Shown here: one piece after another, positions 32,097 through 42,860 of the stretch
Position numbering within the stretch: the stretch's first letter is position 1
Layout: each line of letters opens with the position of its first letter
Source: a bacterium
GTDB lineage: Bacteria > Zixibacteria > MSB-5A5 > GN15 > FEB-12
Length of the DNA: 64,000 nucleotides
NCBI GenBank assembly: GCA_043811375.1
Contig: JBDRNJ010000057.1
Location: forward strand, 1-64,000
Reading direction: 5' to 3'
Made by a program: the position numbers and the translations under genes
The notes under the pieces: generated by a model
What the model was told of the DNA's origin: nothing
Databases searched by the model: none
The model's input: only the letters and a program-made list of their open reading frames with translations

Positions 32097-35000
32097 TCAA
32101 TTATCTCCTAAACCCATTGGGTAATGAATGTCTTTCGGTGCACCTTTTGCCTGAACATGGTTACTGAGGCTTTCCAGTATCGAGCGTTCCGAAGAGCCTT
32201 CCGGTGAAAGTTCGATAAACGATTGGAGTAGTCGCTTGAAAAGCTCTTGCCTTCGAAGTCCATTGTCATCAATGTAGTCATCTACTTTCTGAACATCCCC
32301 CGCCTTCCAAAGGTGCATGAGACGATGTATCCGATCTATTAGGGGCACAGGCTTCCCAGCGGGGGCCTCGTATCCCATTGTACGCCCCTTTCGATGTGCC
32401 CAAGTCTTCAGCTTTACAGTGCTTCCTGATCCGGATTCCGAATCAGACTCCGCATCGGGATCACTGTTCTCTTCATCATCATTGGATGACGCTTTGCCAC
32501 CAGTTCGTGCAAGTAAATCCCAAGTCGTTTCAAGATCGCGATCGGATAGTCCACAAGAGACTGCGTATAAGATACAGGTTCCGGATGGCGCCTCTTCCAT
32601 ACCAAAATCATGCCGATGCAAGAGATAATATGCAGTTGGTTCATCGAGTCTATCCACCGCGGCCATATCCGCCCCCTGGCTATCGCCAGCCAAAACTTGC
32701 CCGACGACAAAATCAACTACCATCCGGCGCACGTGATTTAAGAACTCGCCAACAGTCATTACCTCACCTGGTGAATTTGCTTTCTTAACAATGGGATGCT
32801 TACTATAAGCCTCCATCGCAGGCCCTGTTGCAGCCCAAACGAAGTCCGGGCCTCTGATTCCGGCATCCCAAAATTCACGGAGATTCTCAGTAATGTTGTA
32901 TCGCATTTCCTCAAGCACTTTATTGTCCCAACCTGGTTTTGCCTCAATGGGTCTCTTTTTGCAGACAAGCCAAACCGACGATGCAAGGGATGCTGTGGTA
33001 ATTGCATTGGTCCTCACTCCACGCTCAGTCTGAATTGGCCAGCTTCCATTGACTACGAATCCCGCCTTGATAATTGACCCTGCCAACGCCTCCCACGCGT
33101 CAGGCTGCTTATGCGCAAACACGACAACCATTCTGCCATGTGCAGACAGAGCATTATTACAGACATTAAACGCTTTGGCCATTCCTTCTTCATAGGCTCG
33201 TTTAGATTGCTTGCGATTGCCTTCATAAGCACCAGGATCGTCGATCAACTCTCCATCTGCTTCTGATGCATCCCAATTGGGACTTAGTTCAATATTGTTC
33301 TCAGATTCTGAATCATTGTCCCTGTGAGACGTCCGTTTCATCCAGACGTAAAAGAAATCCATCAAATCAGCGTATGGTATGGCGTCGTAATAGGGTGGAT
33401 CAGTGAATACGAAGTCGGCTTGTTTTTGATTACGATATTTTAGCACCGATCTACAATCGACATTACAAACTGAAGATTGTTTGGTTGCCTCGAGGATATT
33501 TGATAATGCCATTACGGTCCATTCAAGAGCTCCCAAGAAACATCCAGCAGAGTTACCGATGGGGTTTGTTTCACAGAAATCCCAAGTCCATGAAAATGCA
33601 AACCTCGCAAATGTTCCTCGAATGGCTTCGAGACCAAGTATCCAAGTCGCCAAAGCACTTCCGTAGTCAGCTGTTTTGTCAATAATTAGAGTAAGGTATT
33701 TTTCTATTGCTTCGTTCCAGTCTTTCGAATAACCGCAATCGCTTCTTTCATTTTGTGAATCCCGGACGCTTTTCAATAGGGCAGCCAAAGCAAGAAGTTG
33801 CCGATTTGTAAATAGCTCTCGCCAAGTCTTAAGCCCGTAACCAGGTAATTGTGAACCTACCGCCCTATGTCGGTCTGCGCTTGGGAGCGGTTCGTCCGGG
33901 ACTCCATACGGAATATGAGAGTAGGCATTTTCAATGTGCTGGTCACTTACAACAGCAACATCTATCTCGTGCTCCGTGAACCGCCGATACTCCTTCCCAT
34001 TATTACCATTCACAACTACCGCAAGGGGGATTGTACCCATAGCTTTGTTCCGACCAATTACCTTCATATCCTGAGTTGTCATGATCGTGCCGCAGCAAGG
34101 ACACTTAGTACCAGATCGCGACATTGTCCCCGACCCTATTCGCTTGTCATGTTCTCGCTTCTGAGCAGCATTACCGCCCTTTATTGGCACATTCTGATTG
34201 ATGCTAAAGGTGACACCGGTGTTATCGTTGTTACGCTGCATTTCAAGCAATACCCGTTTCCTGTCCTTCTTGCAAAGCCAGAGTGTTTTGAGGAGTGGGA
34301 TTTCTGCGCGACAGTTCTTACACGTCACTGTTCGAGCCCAAAGATACGCCACTGGCGGCTTAGACACCCATCTGGGATTTTTCTTATCCTCCAAGTACTT
34401 TTTGTCAAATCGTTCATTCAACGAGTCTATATCAGTCGTACCATCATCCTTTAGTGGGACCAGCTTCATGGACTGCTTTTCGTAGGGTTTGGCTTTCTTC
34501 TTATCCAACGGCTCGAAATCCGCATATGTCGGGTAATACTCTACGAGTTCCTGGCGCGCCTGGGACAACACCCAATGTCCCCATGCCCTCACATGCCAAG
34601 CCAAATCAGCCTTTGGTACACGTCCCGAATCTGGTCTGTCGAATAGACCAGGCTTGTTTTTTTCATTCTCGATCTGCTTTTTTGTCTTTCTTGTTCGATC
34701 TCGCAGGTGAGGATGAGCCCTGTAAAAGGCCTCCATAAAGTCATCATCTTCGAGGATGAAGACCGGTAAAGGGTGTGTTCTTCCGGCCAGTTTCTGGGGA
34801 TATTCCAGAGTACACTTCAGGATGAACCACGCCACCGGATTTATATCTACAGCGGTCGCTTCGCACCCCAACCTCATCGCCTCAAGCGGAATCGCCCCAC
34901 CACCAGCAAAGGGATCGAGCACCTTTGGTGCTCTGCCGTCATATGCTTCGCGTATCTTCTGCCTAAACCAAGCCAGATCCTCAGCATTCTCGGTCTCACG

Positions 35001-35318
35001 CTTCCAGTGAAGGATGCCGCCTTCGGTTTCTTCCTTGATCCTCTCAACGACACGCCCATTTGGCATGCGTTTCTTTTCGACCTTCTTAACGACTTTACCA
35101 CCGATCTTCTCACACAACTTCTGCCGTTCCTCTGGCGTTCCAGGATCAGGCAACAACGTAGCAATCAGAGCCGCCCGGCAAGCTGCCAATGGGCGGCGCG
35201 CAGGCCAGATATGAAGGGTTGATATGTGTCCGTGACGAACATTCTTTTCATGCACCGAATCAAGTGATGCCTGCTTCAGCGGAAAGGCATGCTCAATTAA
35301 CCTTGGCTTATCTTCCAT
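32097..35318 (-). CDS. DUF1156 adenine-specific DNA methyltransferase
   Basis: HIWPARRPLAACRA, DPFAGGG, TDPPYYD; CxxC zinc motifs. Confidence 0.92.
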   Translation of the reverse strand: MEDKPRLIEHAFPLKQASLDSVHEKNVRHGHISTLHIWPARRPLAACRAALIATLLPDPGTPEERQKLCEKIGGKVVKKVEKKRMPNGRVVERIKEETEGGILHWKRETENAEDLAWFRQKIREAYDGRAPKVLDPFAGGGAIPLEAMRLGCEATAVDINPVAWFILKCTLEYPQKLAGRTHPLPVFILEDDDFMEAFYRAHPHLRDRTRKTKKQIENEKNKPGLFDRPDSGRVPKADLAWHVRAWGHWVLSQARQELVEYYPTYADFEPLDKKKAKPYEKQSMKLVPLKDDGTTDIDSLNERFDKKYLEDKKNPRWVSKPPVAYLWARTVTCKNCRAEIPLLKTLWLCKKDRKRVLLEMQRNNDNTGVTFSINQNVPIKGGNAAQKREHDKRIGSGTMSRSGTKCPCCGTIMTTQDMKVIGRNKAMGTIPLAVVVNGNNGKEYRRFTEHEIDVAVVSDQHIENAYSHIPYGVPDEPLPSADRHRAVGSQLPGYGLKTWRELFTNRQLLALAALLKSVRDSQNERSDCGYSKDWNEAIEKYLTLIIDKTADYGSALATWILGLEAIRGTFARFAFSWTWDFCETNPIGNSAGCFLGALEWTVMALSNILEATKQSSVCNVDCRSVLKYRNQKQADFVFTDPPYYDAIPYADLMDFFYVWMKRTSHRDNDSESENNIELSPNWDASEADGELIDDPGAYEGNRKQSKRAYEEGMAKAFNVCNNALSAHGRMVVVFAHKQPDAWEALAGSIIKAGFVVNGSWPIQTERGVRTNAITTASLASSVWLVCKKRPIEAKPGWDNKVLEEMRYNITENLREFWDAGIRGPDFVWAATGPAMEAYSKHPIVKKANSPGEVMTVGEFLNHVRRMVVDFVVGQVLAGDSQGADMAAVDRLDEPTAYYLLHRHDFGMEEAPSGTCILYAVSCGLSDRDLETTWDLLARTGGKASSNDDEENSDPDAESDSESGSGSTVKLKTWAHRKGRTMGYEAPAGKPVPLIDRIHRLMHLWKAGDVQKVDDYIDDNGLRRQELFKRLLQSFIELSPEGSSERSILESLSNHVQAKGAPKDIHYPMGLGDN

Positions 35319-35334
35319 CTATAGTCTCCAGTTC

Positions 35335-38300
35335 CTATGATATTTCGCTTTCAGAAGCTTCCACAATCTGCTTTGCTCCGATCAACATGCTTCCTTTGTT
35401 TTTGGCAAGTAGTCGATCAAAGGGGTCCTGCACCCGAAGAAGACGCGGATTGGAGGTTGCACAATCGTAAACGACATAGAGCCAGTAGTTCTCTTTAAGA
35501 TTGCAGGCTTTAGCCCACTCATTTGCCTTCATTTCGATCTCTCCCGAAGCCAAACGCCCTTTTACCTCCACAGCGATCTTGTCACCTGCAGGCGGTATCA
35601 GTAAGAGGTCAAATCCCGGGTGCGCGGGAAGACCGCCAGCTAGCGCGAGGTCTGGGGTGTGAACATCTACGACCGTTGCACCGGACGCTTCGGCATAGGC
35701 CCATGCCAACTGCATGGCAACTTTCTCTGTATTTGTATCAGACTGCTCGATGTCCCTCGGATCACTGGAAGGCACTACCAGAGCATGTGCGATGAACTCG
35801 AGATCACCGTGCATTATCAATTCTGGTTCGCGTCTGAGTACAGTAATGGCATTCTCTCGTCGCGACGACAGCTCTCTTTGTCGATCCTTGATCCGCGCGA
35901 GTTCTGTTGCGGCCGCCCGACTGCCACCTCGCGCTTTTTGGGACATTTTGGCTCTGGTGGTGGCAAGCTCCGACTCCTGGAAGTCAAAACCGCGAGCCAT
36001 AAAGGCCTCGCGCTCGGGCAGTGATTCCAGCAACTTGTTTCGGTGTTCTACTGCCATACTTCGGCCAACCCGTTCGGCAAGATATGCCTGTGCTTGTTCT
36101 TTGAATTTCTCGGCCGTTGCCGCTAAACGCTGCCCTTCCGCAGGTAACCCGTTGCCACCTTTGAGAATCATAAGGTGTTCGACAGGGCAGAGAGTTATCT
36201 CCGAGCCTTCCGACTGTTTGACTCCGACAAGGCGGCATTCAATAGTCTCGAGCTGTGAAAGTTCGGCAAGATCAGGATCGGCTTGTCGAATGACACTGAG
36301 CCTGGCTAGATGAAAGAGATACGGCTTGATTGTCGTCGGATCGACGAATACCGCACCCCTGCTTGCATCCGAGCCAAGTTTCGCGTTCACAACTGTCCGA
36401 AACTGTTCAAACATTGGTTCGCCAGGATGCATCCAGATGCTTGACTTGCGATCCTTCGGACGAACGACAGTAAGACGATCTCTCTGTGACTCTGAATAAG
36501 CTTCTAATGCTGGCATGAGAGGATCAACGGCACCATGTTGAGCTGGACCTAGCGTAAAGGTTTTCGCTAGGTCTCCTTCTACTTCCATATTGACTAGTGG
36601 CGCCGCAGATTGAATGAAGTTCCTGACGTAGCCGGGAAGCAATCTGTACAGAGTTTCCTGTCCCAAGTCCTCTCTCAGCCGGGGCAATTCCTTCTTTACA
36701 TCACCACCGTCACCGTATATCTGCTTTTCCTTAAACGCCAACGCTATGACCTGTTCTTTAGTCAAACGGCCTTCGAGTTCCTCAGCAATACTATCAGCAT
36801 CGCCAACCATAGCTCGTTCCATGTACTTCTTGATCGATATGTCCGAAAAAACCCGACCGATGCTGTCGAACACCTTGTCTGACTTTAGTTCTTTCCTAAT
36901 CTTCTCCAGCTTATCCAAGAGCGTCTTGAGTACCTTACCCTCACGGGTCGACGGCGCGACGAGGTTCAAGATAATGACCGGATCGTGATCTTGACCATAT
37001 CTGTGGATGCGTCCCATACGCTGTTCCAGGCGTGCTGGATTCCACGGCACATCATAATTGATCATGATCCAGCAGAACTGGAGGTTGATACCTTCACCAG
37101 CCGCATCCGTGCAGACCAGGAATCGGGCGCCACCCTCTTCCAGCGATGAGCGGAAACGCTCAACTTGTTCTTCGCGCTCTGCGTAATGCATGCCCCCATG
37201 AATTTGGGCTATCTGGCCAGTGTAGCCAAGGCCTTCGAGGCGACGCACAAGAAACTGAAGCGTATCTCTATGCTCAGTAAAAACGATCAGTTTCTCTTCA
37301 CGGAATTTCTTGTCAGTAATGACCTCGCGTAGCCGATCAAACTTTGACTCCTGGCCTGCGTCGTACACTTGCTGAGCGAGATCACGCAGCCGTTCTACTT
37401 CTTCTCTTTCAGCTTCCAGGTCTGCGAGAGATGCCGCCACCACTCCTCTCAGTAGTTTGTCCTCGGCAATCTCGTTTTCTTCCCGATCTTGATCCGTAGA
37501 TTCATCGTCTGCCGTCTTGGATTCGAAAATGTCATCCGAATCTGACAACGCTCTTTGCATTTTAAGAAGCTCTTCAAAGGAGAACTTGCCCTGCTGAACA
37601 TCACTAATGATGTTTTCAAGTTTCTCTTTTCTTCTTTCAAAGGAGCAGAGGAGCGCAAATGTAGAACTAGCCAATCGACGCTGGAAGACACCCATCGCTA
37701 GCTGAGCTGCTGACTGGTTTAACATCTGCGCGCGGTTGTATACATTGCGTAAGTACTCTGTAGTTTCATCATATAGCCGCTGCTCACTTACCTCACCCTG
37801 TGTTAGGTCGAACCCGAGTGTATCGGATATCCTCTTTGGATAAAGCGGCTTCCCATCTAGATGAACCATCTCCTCCTTCGTGCGACGAATGAAGTATATC
37901 TGCCTCCTATCAGGAGGAAATCGATCGAAAGCATCCATTGTGCCTAGTATGTCCGGCTCCAGGAGACGCCATAGGGCATAGTAGGGATACTCTTTACCCA
38001 TATGGGGGGTGGCGGTCAGCAATAACAGGTGATGCGTATGCCAATGTAGCCGCCAATCAGGATCAGCGGTTTCAACGCCGGCAATGGCTTCGGCTAGTCT
38101 GTAGCGATCAGTTTTAGTAACACGAAGATCCTTACCTCGGCTGCTGGACAACTTATGGGCCTCGTCAAAAACGACCAAATCGTAGGGCTGGGTATTGGAT
38201 TCTTGCAATCGGGCAAAGACACGGTTACTGGTCATCGTGTCCACGCTGACGATCAGCCTCTCACTGCCATTGCCCATGAATGGGTTGGCTTTTGCTGCAT

Positions 38301-38904
38301 CCGAACCACTAATAATATTGAAATCCAGATTGAAGAGAGTGGAAAGCTCGCGCCGCCAGTTTCCAACTAAGCCGGCTGGTGGCACAATCAGTATCCGGCG
38401 TAAAAGGCGTCGAGTGAGCATCTCTCTGATGTACAAACCGGACATGATCGTCTTACCTGCGCCAGCGTCATCAGCAAGCAGAAAACGGAGGCGTGCCTGG
38501 TGCAACATGTGGTCATAGACGGCGATTCGCTGATGCGGCAAAGGATCTATATTTGCAATCTCAGTGGCAAAGGCAGGGTTGACCAAATGACCGAATGACA
38601 ATCGTTCCCCCTCCACATACGCTTGAACCGCGTCAGGCTTCGCGGTAAAGTCTAGCCGGTCTTGAGCCTCTTGCGAATGGGGCTCTTCTATATACGGAGC
38701 TTCATCTTCTCCGCGTTCGTCGGCGAGCTTGAGTAGCTGACTCCAGGAAAGCTGCGAAGGGCGAGATTTGCCATTCTCCCATCTATTGATCGTTGGGAAA
38801 GACACCCCAAGCTCTTCGGCCAGTGCCACCTGGGTGAAACCGAGCTTGGCCCGAATTTGCTTGACCTTGGTTGGATAATCATCTCCTGGCAAAACTTCCG
38901 GCAT
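35335..38904 (-). CDS. XRE-HTH + SNF2 helicase + DUF3883 nuclease fusion
   Basis: TQVALAEELGVSFPTINRWENG; LADDAGAGKT, DEAH, TATPH, QRMGRIHRYG; GFDL...EVKG. Confidence 0.92.
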   Translation of the reverse strand: MPEVLPGDDYPTKVKQIRAKLGFTQVALAEELGVSFPTINRWENGKSRPSQLSWSQLLKLADERGEDEAPYIEEPHSQEAQDRLDFTAKPDAVQAYVEGERLSFGHLVNPAFATEIANIDPLPHQRIAVYDHMLHQARLRFLLADDAGAGKTIMSGLYIREMLTRRLLRRILIVPPAGLVGNWRRELSTLFNLDFNIISGSDAAKANPFMGNGSERLIVSVDTMTSNRVFARLQESNTQPYDLVVFDEAHKLSSSRGKDLRVTKTDRYRLAEAIAGVETADPDWRLHWHTHHLLLLTATPHMGKEYPYYALWRLLEPDILGTMDAFDRFPPDRRQIYFIRRTKEEMVHLDGKPLYPKRISDTLGFDLTQGEVSEQRLYDETTEYLRNVYNRAQMLNQSAAQLAMGVFQRRLASSTFALLCSFERRKEKLENIISDVQQGKFSFEELLKMQRALSDSDDIFESKTADDESTDQDREENEIAEDKLLRGVVAASLADLEAEREEVERLRDLAQQVYDAGQESKFDRLREVITDKKFREEKLIVFTEHRDTLQFLVRRLEGLGYTGQIAQIHGGMHYAEREEQVERFRSSLEEGGARFLVCTDAAGEGINLQFCWIMINYDVPWNPARLEQRMGRIHRYGQDHDPVIILNLVAPSTREGKVLKTLLDKLEKIRKELKSDKVFDSIGRVFSDISIKKYMERAMVGDADSIAEELEGRLTKEQVIALAFKEKQIYGDGGDVKKELPRLREDLGQETLYRLLPGYVRNFIQSAAPLVNMEVEGDLAKTFTLGPAQHGAVDPLMPALEAYSESQRDRLTVVRPKDRKSSIWMHPGEPMFEQFRTVVNAKLGSDASRGAVFVDPTTIKPYLFHLARLSVIRQADPDLAELSQLETIECRLVGVKQSEGSEITLCPVEHLMILKGGNGLPAEGQRLAATAEKFKEQAQAYLAERVGRSMAVEHRNKLLESLPEREAFMARGFDFQESELATTRAKMSQKARGGSRAAATELARIKDRQRELSSRRENAITVLRREPELIMHGDLEFIAHALVVPSSDPRDIEQSDTNTEKVAMQLAWAYAEASGATVVDVHTPDLALAGGLPAHPGFDLLLIPPAGDKIAVEVKGRLASGEIEMKANEWAKACNLKENYWLYVVYDCATSNPRLLRVQDPFDRLLAKNKGSMLIGAKQIVEASESEIS

Positions 38905-38963
38905 CCATATCTCCTAGGTTTATTTTTTCTTCTTATGACACATCGCGTGCTCATTTTGTTTTC

Positions 38964-38992
38964 AGTATATCATATGATATATTGGACGTAAA
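38964..38992 (-). promoter_or_regulatory. Sigma70 promoter of the defence operon, containing a 16-bp perfect palindrome (candidate operator)
   Basis: TTTACG-17 nt-TATACT with an extended -10 TG; palindrome TATATCATATGATATA at 38966-38981. Confidence 0.7.
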
Positions 38993-39262
38993 GCGCTTTT
39001 TTCGAGTTTCTGTCGTTTCCTGAGCTGAAATGCGAATGGATCACAAAGTGCGTCGTAAGGCATTGATATGTTATTACTTAACGACATCCAGGTGGCCTGC
39101 CCCCCGAATATCGATCCAGTTTGAGAGGTAGTATGTTGGGCTGGATCGAGGAAGGAGGCGGTGACGGGTCGGAAGCGTTACACCGTAGAATCTATTGTTT
39201 GGATGCTTCATGACGTCAGTGTAGCTTTGGCATGGCAGTAAGGTTAACTGAAGTGGAGCGGG

Positions 39263-40030
39263 ATGTTACACTATCGAGACAGTCATGTGAGAGATAAACT
39301 GGTCGAGAGGGGAAGCACCCTTTTCAAGGCACCTAAGCGACCCATACAGTTTACAAAGGTCGTTCCAGCCGATGAGCTTCTAAACGACTTAGTGAAGTTC
39401 CCTCATGCGTTCGTACTGGCCTGTATAATGGATCAGCAGGTCAAGGCGGAGAGGGCTTGGCTGGTTCCTTACAAGATCTCTTCACAACTTGGGGGCTTCA
39501 CTTTGGACCTTCTGCGTCCACTTGATGAACCTGACATAAATAGGCTCATGCGAAAGCCGGAGATATTGCATCGGTTCGTTGACAGGATGAGTAGGTTCTT
39601 CTACTTAGCGATTCGCAGGATTGACTACCAATATGGAGGAGATGCTTCACAAGTCTGGAGCAGCAATCCGTCAAGCGCGGAAGTGGTCTATCGGTTCCTG
39701 CAATTTGATGGTGTAGGGCCGAAAATCGCTTGCATGGCAGCCAATATCCTCGCGCGAGAAATGAAAGTCCCTATGCACGACTACTTCTCTATTGATATTT
39801 CAGCGGACATACACGTCCGAAGGGTGTTCTCACGACTTGGGCTGTGTCCTTCTGATTCGTCAGTAGAGCAGGTCATCTATAAGGCTCGATCATTGTACCC
39901 TGAATTCCCGGGAATAATGGATCTGCCGAGTTGGGAGATCGGTCGGAATTGGTGCAAGTCCCGCCAGCCGCGTTGTGATGAATGTTATATGAGTGACATG
40001 TGCCCGACGGCAAACTCTGTACAGGCCTGA
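39263..40030 (+). CDS. HhH-GPD / endonuclease III-like DNA glycosylase with a 4Fe-4S motif
   Basis: FDGVGPKIA helix-hairpin-helix, ADIHVRRV, C-x6-C-x2-C-x5-C. Confidence 0.85.
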   Translation: MLHYRDSHVRDKLVERGSTLFKAPKRPIQFTKVVPADELLNDLVKFPHAFVLACIMDQQVKAERAWLVPYKISSQLGGFTLDLLRPLDEPDINRLMRKPEILHRFVDRMSRFFYLAIRRIDYQYGGDASQVWSSNPSSAEVVYRFLQFDGVGPKIACMAANILAREMKVPMHDYFSIDISADIHVRRVFSRLGLCPSDSSVEQVIYKARSLYPEFPGIMDLPSWEIGRNWCKSRQPRCDECYMSDMCPTANSVQA

Positions 40031-40688
40031 GACGGTGTGCTGAGGTGGGAGTCTACTCATCTGGTCTGATGACCATAGAACTGTGGGAACATCACCAATG
40101 TGAAACCATCAAACCTCTCAACGCCGAACACACGGACTTTCGCAGTCCGGTCTCGGTGGAACGACTAATCGTCCTCCCTTGGTTGCGTAATAACAAGTAC
40201 TTCGGATTTACGGCGAACTCTTCTGCTGACGATTCGGACGATCCACTATTGATTCATCAGCACAGGCAGTTTGATATAACCGGATTAATGGTGCACAAAA
40301 CCGCCACCGCACCGCCAAGAACGTTATGCATTGTTGGCACTCCGCCCCGCGGTTTCCCTGGCTCGTTTCTCAGTGTCCCGACAAATGCACCGGGAAAGAT
40401 TCCAGTGGTGTTGGGGGATGTTATTGTGATATAGCACCTTACGCAACAAATCCGACTATTCGGTAGATTGCACTTTTAATACTTGCCAATGAGTATTCTG
40501 AGTACCATTATAGGTAAATGTTGGAGTTCTTGCATACTTCCGGCGGACTCGATTGCTGTCTTAGTCCGATCGGAAACGAGCGAGTATGCCTTGGAGAAAC
40601 GCTCCCAACGTCTCTAGTGGCTGCTATGAGGAGTGGGGAGGCGTGCCCCAAGCTGCCGTGCAATGGAGCATTACAGGAGCCATAATGC

Positions 40689-42416
40689 ATGAAGCGTAGG
40701 AATTCGGATGGCGAGAAGCTGTGCACCAACCAGATCAAGGCGTTACAGGCAGTCGAATCCACTTATGGAAAATGGCTTAGCAGTCTCGGACGAACTTACC
40801 GGAATAAGCTTGAGACAGCCCTGGCTACGGCGCAGGAACGGATCATGGATCGGGTGTTTCGATCAACGACCCGACCGGGCGAGAGAATCGACTATGTTCA
40901 CTTCTCTTATCGCTCGCTTGTTCTGGGTCATCGCTGGTACGATACCCATTATGCGGCCGCTCGGGATCCTGAGGAAGGCAGCCAAGTGAGTAAGGTCATC
41001 ACAGTGTCGAACGGCGACAAAGTTGATAGAGCCTGTCTAAGTGAGTTCGCCCAAGAAGTGTACATGTATGAAGAGGCGTACGAAATCCTGCCACCGATCG
41101 ACTGTGAATTCTGTGCTGTCATGCTATGCACCGACACGCCATCGAAAGAAGAGTCCAGAGGGCTAATGAACGTGGGTGTATATCCGCTCAGCCGCCTGGC
41201 CGTTGATTACGTAGTGAATCTCCTTATTAAATGCCAGCAGTGCCCATGGCGAATTCCAAGAGAGGCACTGATCGGCCACACGAAGGAATTCATGCGGCTC
41301 GAAAGAAACCTAGTCTCAGACTGGGAGCGGATCAGAAAGAACACCAGGCGCAGAAGGATTCTGCCTTCAGCCGATCATGTCTTCGAGTTCATTTTGAAGT
41401 CGTCGATTATTACTTTGAATCTCCTCTCCGATCGATTGTTCGAAGAAACGGTGAAATACCGCGTGACCAAGGACCAACGGTCGTGGGAGCCGGGTATGCG
41501 AGTAAGTAAGCTGACCACACGGTCAGAGCTTCGCACTCTGCGGAAAAAAGCGCTCCAGGGGTTACCTCGCGGCGACCACCCGAGCTTGCGACGCTGCCTC
41601 TACTTCCTGCCCGTCAGACTAACCGCTGATCAGCGAGTTGTGGGACTTCTGGCCTTGGGCAGTGCCGATGCCCTTTCTTACGAGATCGTTCCGTCTCTGG
41701 CCGTGGTGGAACGAGCGGCCTTTCTGATGTGTCGTGAATTCGAACTGACGTTGATCCAGAACCACCTCACAAGCGCCTTAGTGGAGTCGGAAGTCCAACG
41801 GTCCTTTGCCAAGCTCATGGCTCACGAACTATCCCATCCATTAATGCGCATCGACAATCTCGTTACGAGCGTTGGCGATGCCATTTCGACCGGACAAAGG
41901 ACCCTGGAAGCCTTTACTCAAGGGATGTTTACTGAGTTGCTGGCCAAACCGGTCGACCTGCGGGCGGTCCTGCGCGATATAGAACGGCGCCACCAACCGT
42001 TTACTGATGGTAAGGCGGCGATGTCGTTGGAGATCGACGTCTACCGGAAGACACTGGTCAGAGTCAACCGGCAAGTGCTGGAATACACGCTAGGAATTCT
42101 GGTGGGTAATGCTCTCGAGTACGGCTCGTCTCCTGCAAATCTCAGAGCGGAAGTTGATGAGGGACACAAGCAGGTCACCGTTTCGGTGAAAAACCCGGGT
42201 CCCCCTTTACCCAAACCAATCAGGAAAAGCCTTACTGTCAACGGCGCCTCGGGATCTGCGCGAGGCAGGCAACGGCGTGGGCAGGGTTTTGGCCGTGGAC
42301 TGAAGTTGGTTACAGAGATATGTCGTCTGAACAGATGGGAACTGACCTATGAAGAAAGTGCCTTAAGCGAAATGGAAGTGTTGCACCGTTTCGATCTGGT
42401 GCTGCCAGGTGCATAG
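40689..42416 (+). CDS. Soluble sensor histidine kinase (GAF-like domain, HisKA, HATPase)
   Basis: FLPV...VVGLLALG GAF-like strands, MAHELSHPL H-box, GNALEYG N-box, GFGRGL G-box; no TM segment. Confidence 0.78.
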   Translation: MKRRNSDGEKLCTNQIKALQAVESTYGKWLSSLGRTYRNKLETALATAQERIMDRVFRSTTRPGERIDYVHFSYRSLVLGHRWYDTHYAAARDPEEGSQVSKVITVSNGDKVDRACLSEFAQEVYMYEEAYEILPPIDCEFCAVMLCTDTPSKEESRGLMNVGVYPLSRLAVDYVVNLLIKCQQCPWRIPREALIGHTKEFMRLERNLVSDWERIRKNTRRRRILPSADHVFEFILKSSIITLNLLSDRLFEETVKYRVTKDQRSWEPGMRVSKLTTRSELRTLRKKALQGLPRGDHPSLRRCLYFLPVRLTADQRVVGLLALGSADALSYEIVPSLAVVERAAFLMCREFELTLIQNHLTSALVESEVQRSFAKLMAHELSHPLMRIDNLVTSVGDAISTGQRTLEAFTQGMFTELLAKPVDLRAVLRDIERRHQPFTDGKAAMSLEIDVYRKTLVRVNRQVLEYTLGILVGNALEYGSSPANLRAEVDEGHKQVTVSVKNPGPPLPKPIRKSLTVNGASGSARGRQRRGQGFGRGLKLVTEICRLNRWELTYEESALSEMEVLHRFDLVLPGA

Positions 42417-42449
42417 AGCTGGGATTTTGTTGAGAAAGGGGCCATAGAA

Positions 42450-42860
42450 ATGACAAAGAACGATTCGCGGATGATAATCATCGTGGTGGACGATACGGAG
42501 GCGTCATTCTCAAGAGTTAAGAAACTCCTTAAAGACTGCATCCCACATCTATATCTGAACCATATCAAATCTGCCCACGAGCTCGACGGACTACTTCGAA
42601 CTTGCCAAAAACAAGGCGTAGTACCGCACGCATACATAGTTGACATAAGTTTGAGTGAGGACGCCGATGGTATCGACGTAATAAGGAAGATCCGGGCGCA
42701 GTATCCCCAAAGCTTGATAGTTGCTAACACGAAGTTCGCCGAATACCGTGACGAAGCGATCAAGGCGGGGGCGGACAATTTTGTCGAGAAATTCACGCAA
42801 GACAACAGACTGGTGGAGATTCTAGTTGAAAACCTGTCAAGCGGTGAGGATTCAGTATGA
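42450..42860 (+). CDS. Single-domain response regulator (CheY-like)
   Basis: VVDD, IVDI, DGIDV, ANT, GADNFVEK. Confidence 0.85.
   Translation: MTKNDSRMIIIVVDDTEASFSRVKKLLKDCIPHLYLNHIKSAHELDGLLRTCQKQGVVPHAYIVDISLSEDADGIDVIRKIRAQYPQSLIVANTKFAEYRDEAIKAGADNFVEKFTQDNRLVEILVENLSSGEDSV

Noticed and set aside
40000..40434. 144-aa ORF after the glycosylase
   Set aside because: No RBS or motif, and it overlaps the upstream gene; not supportable.
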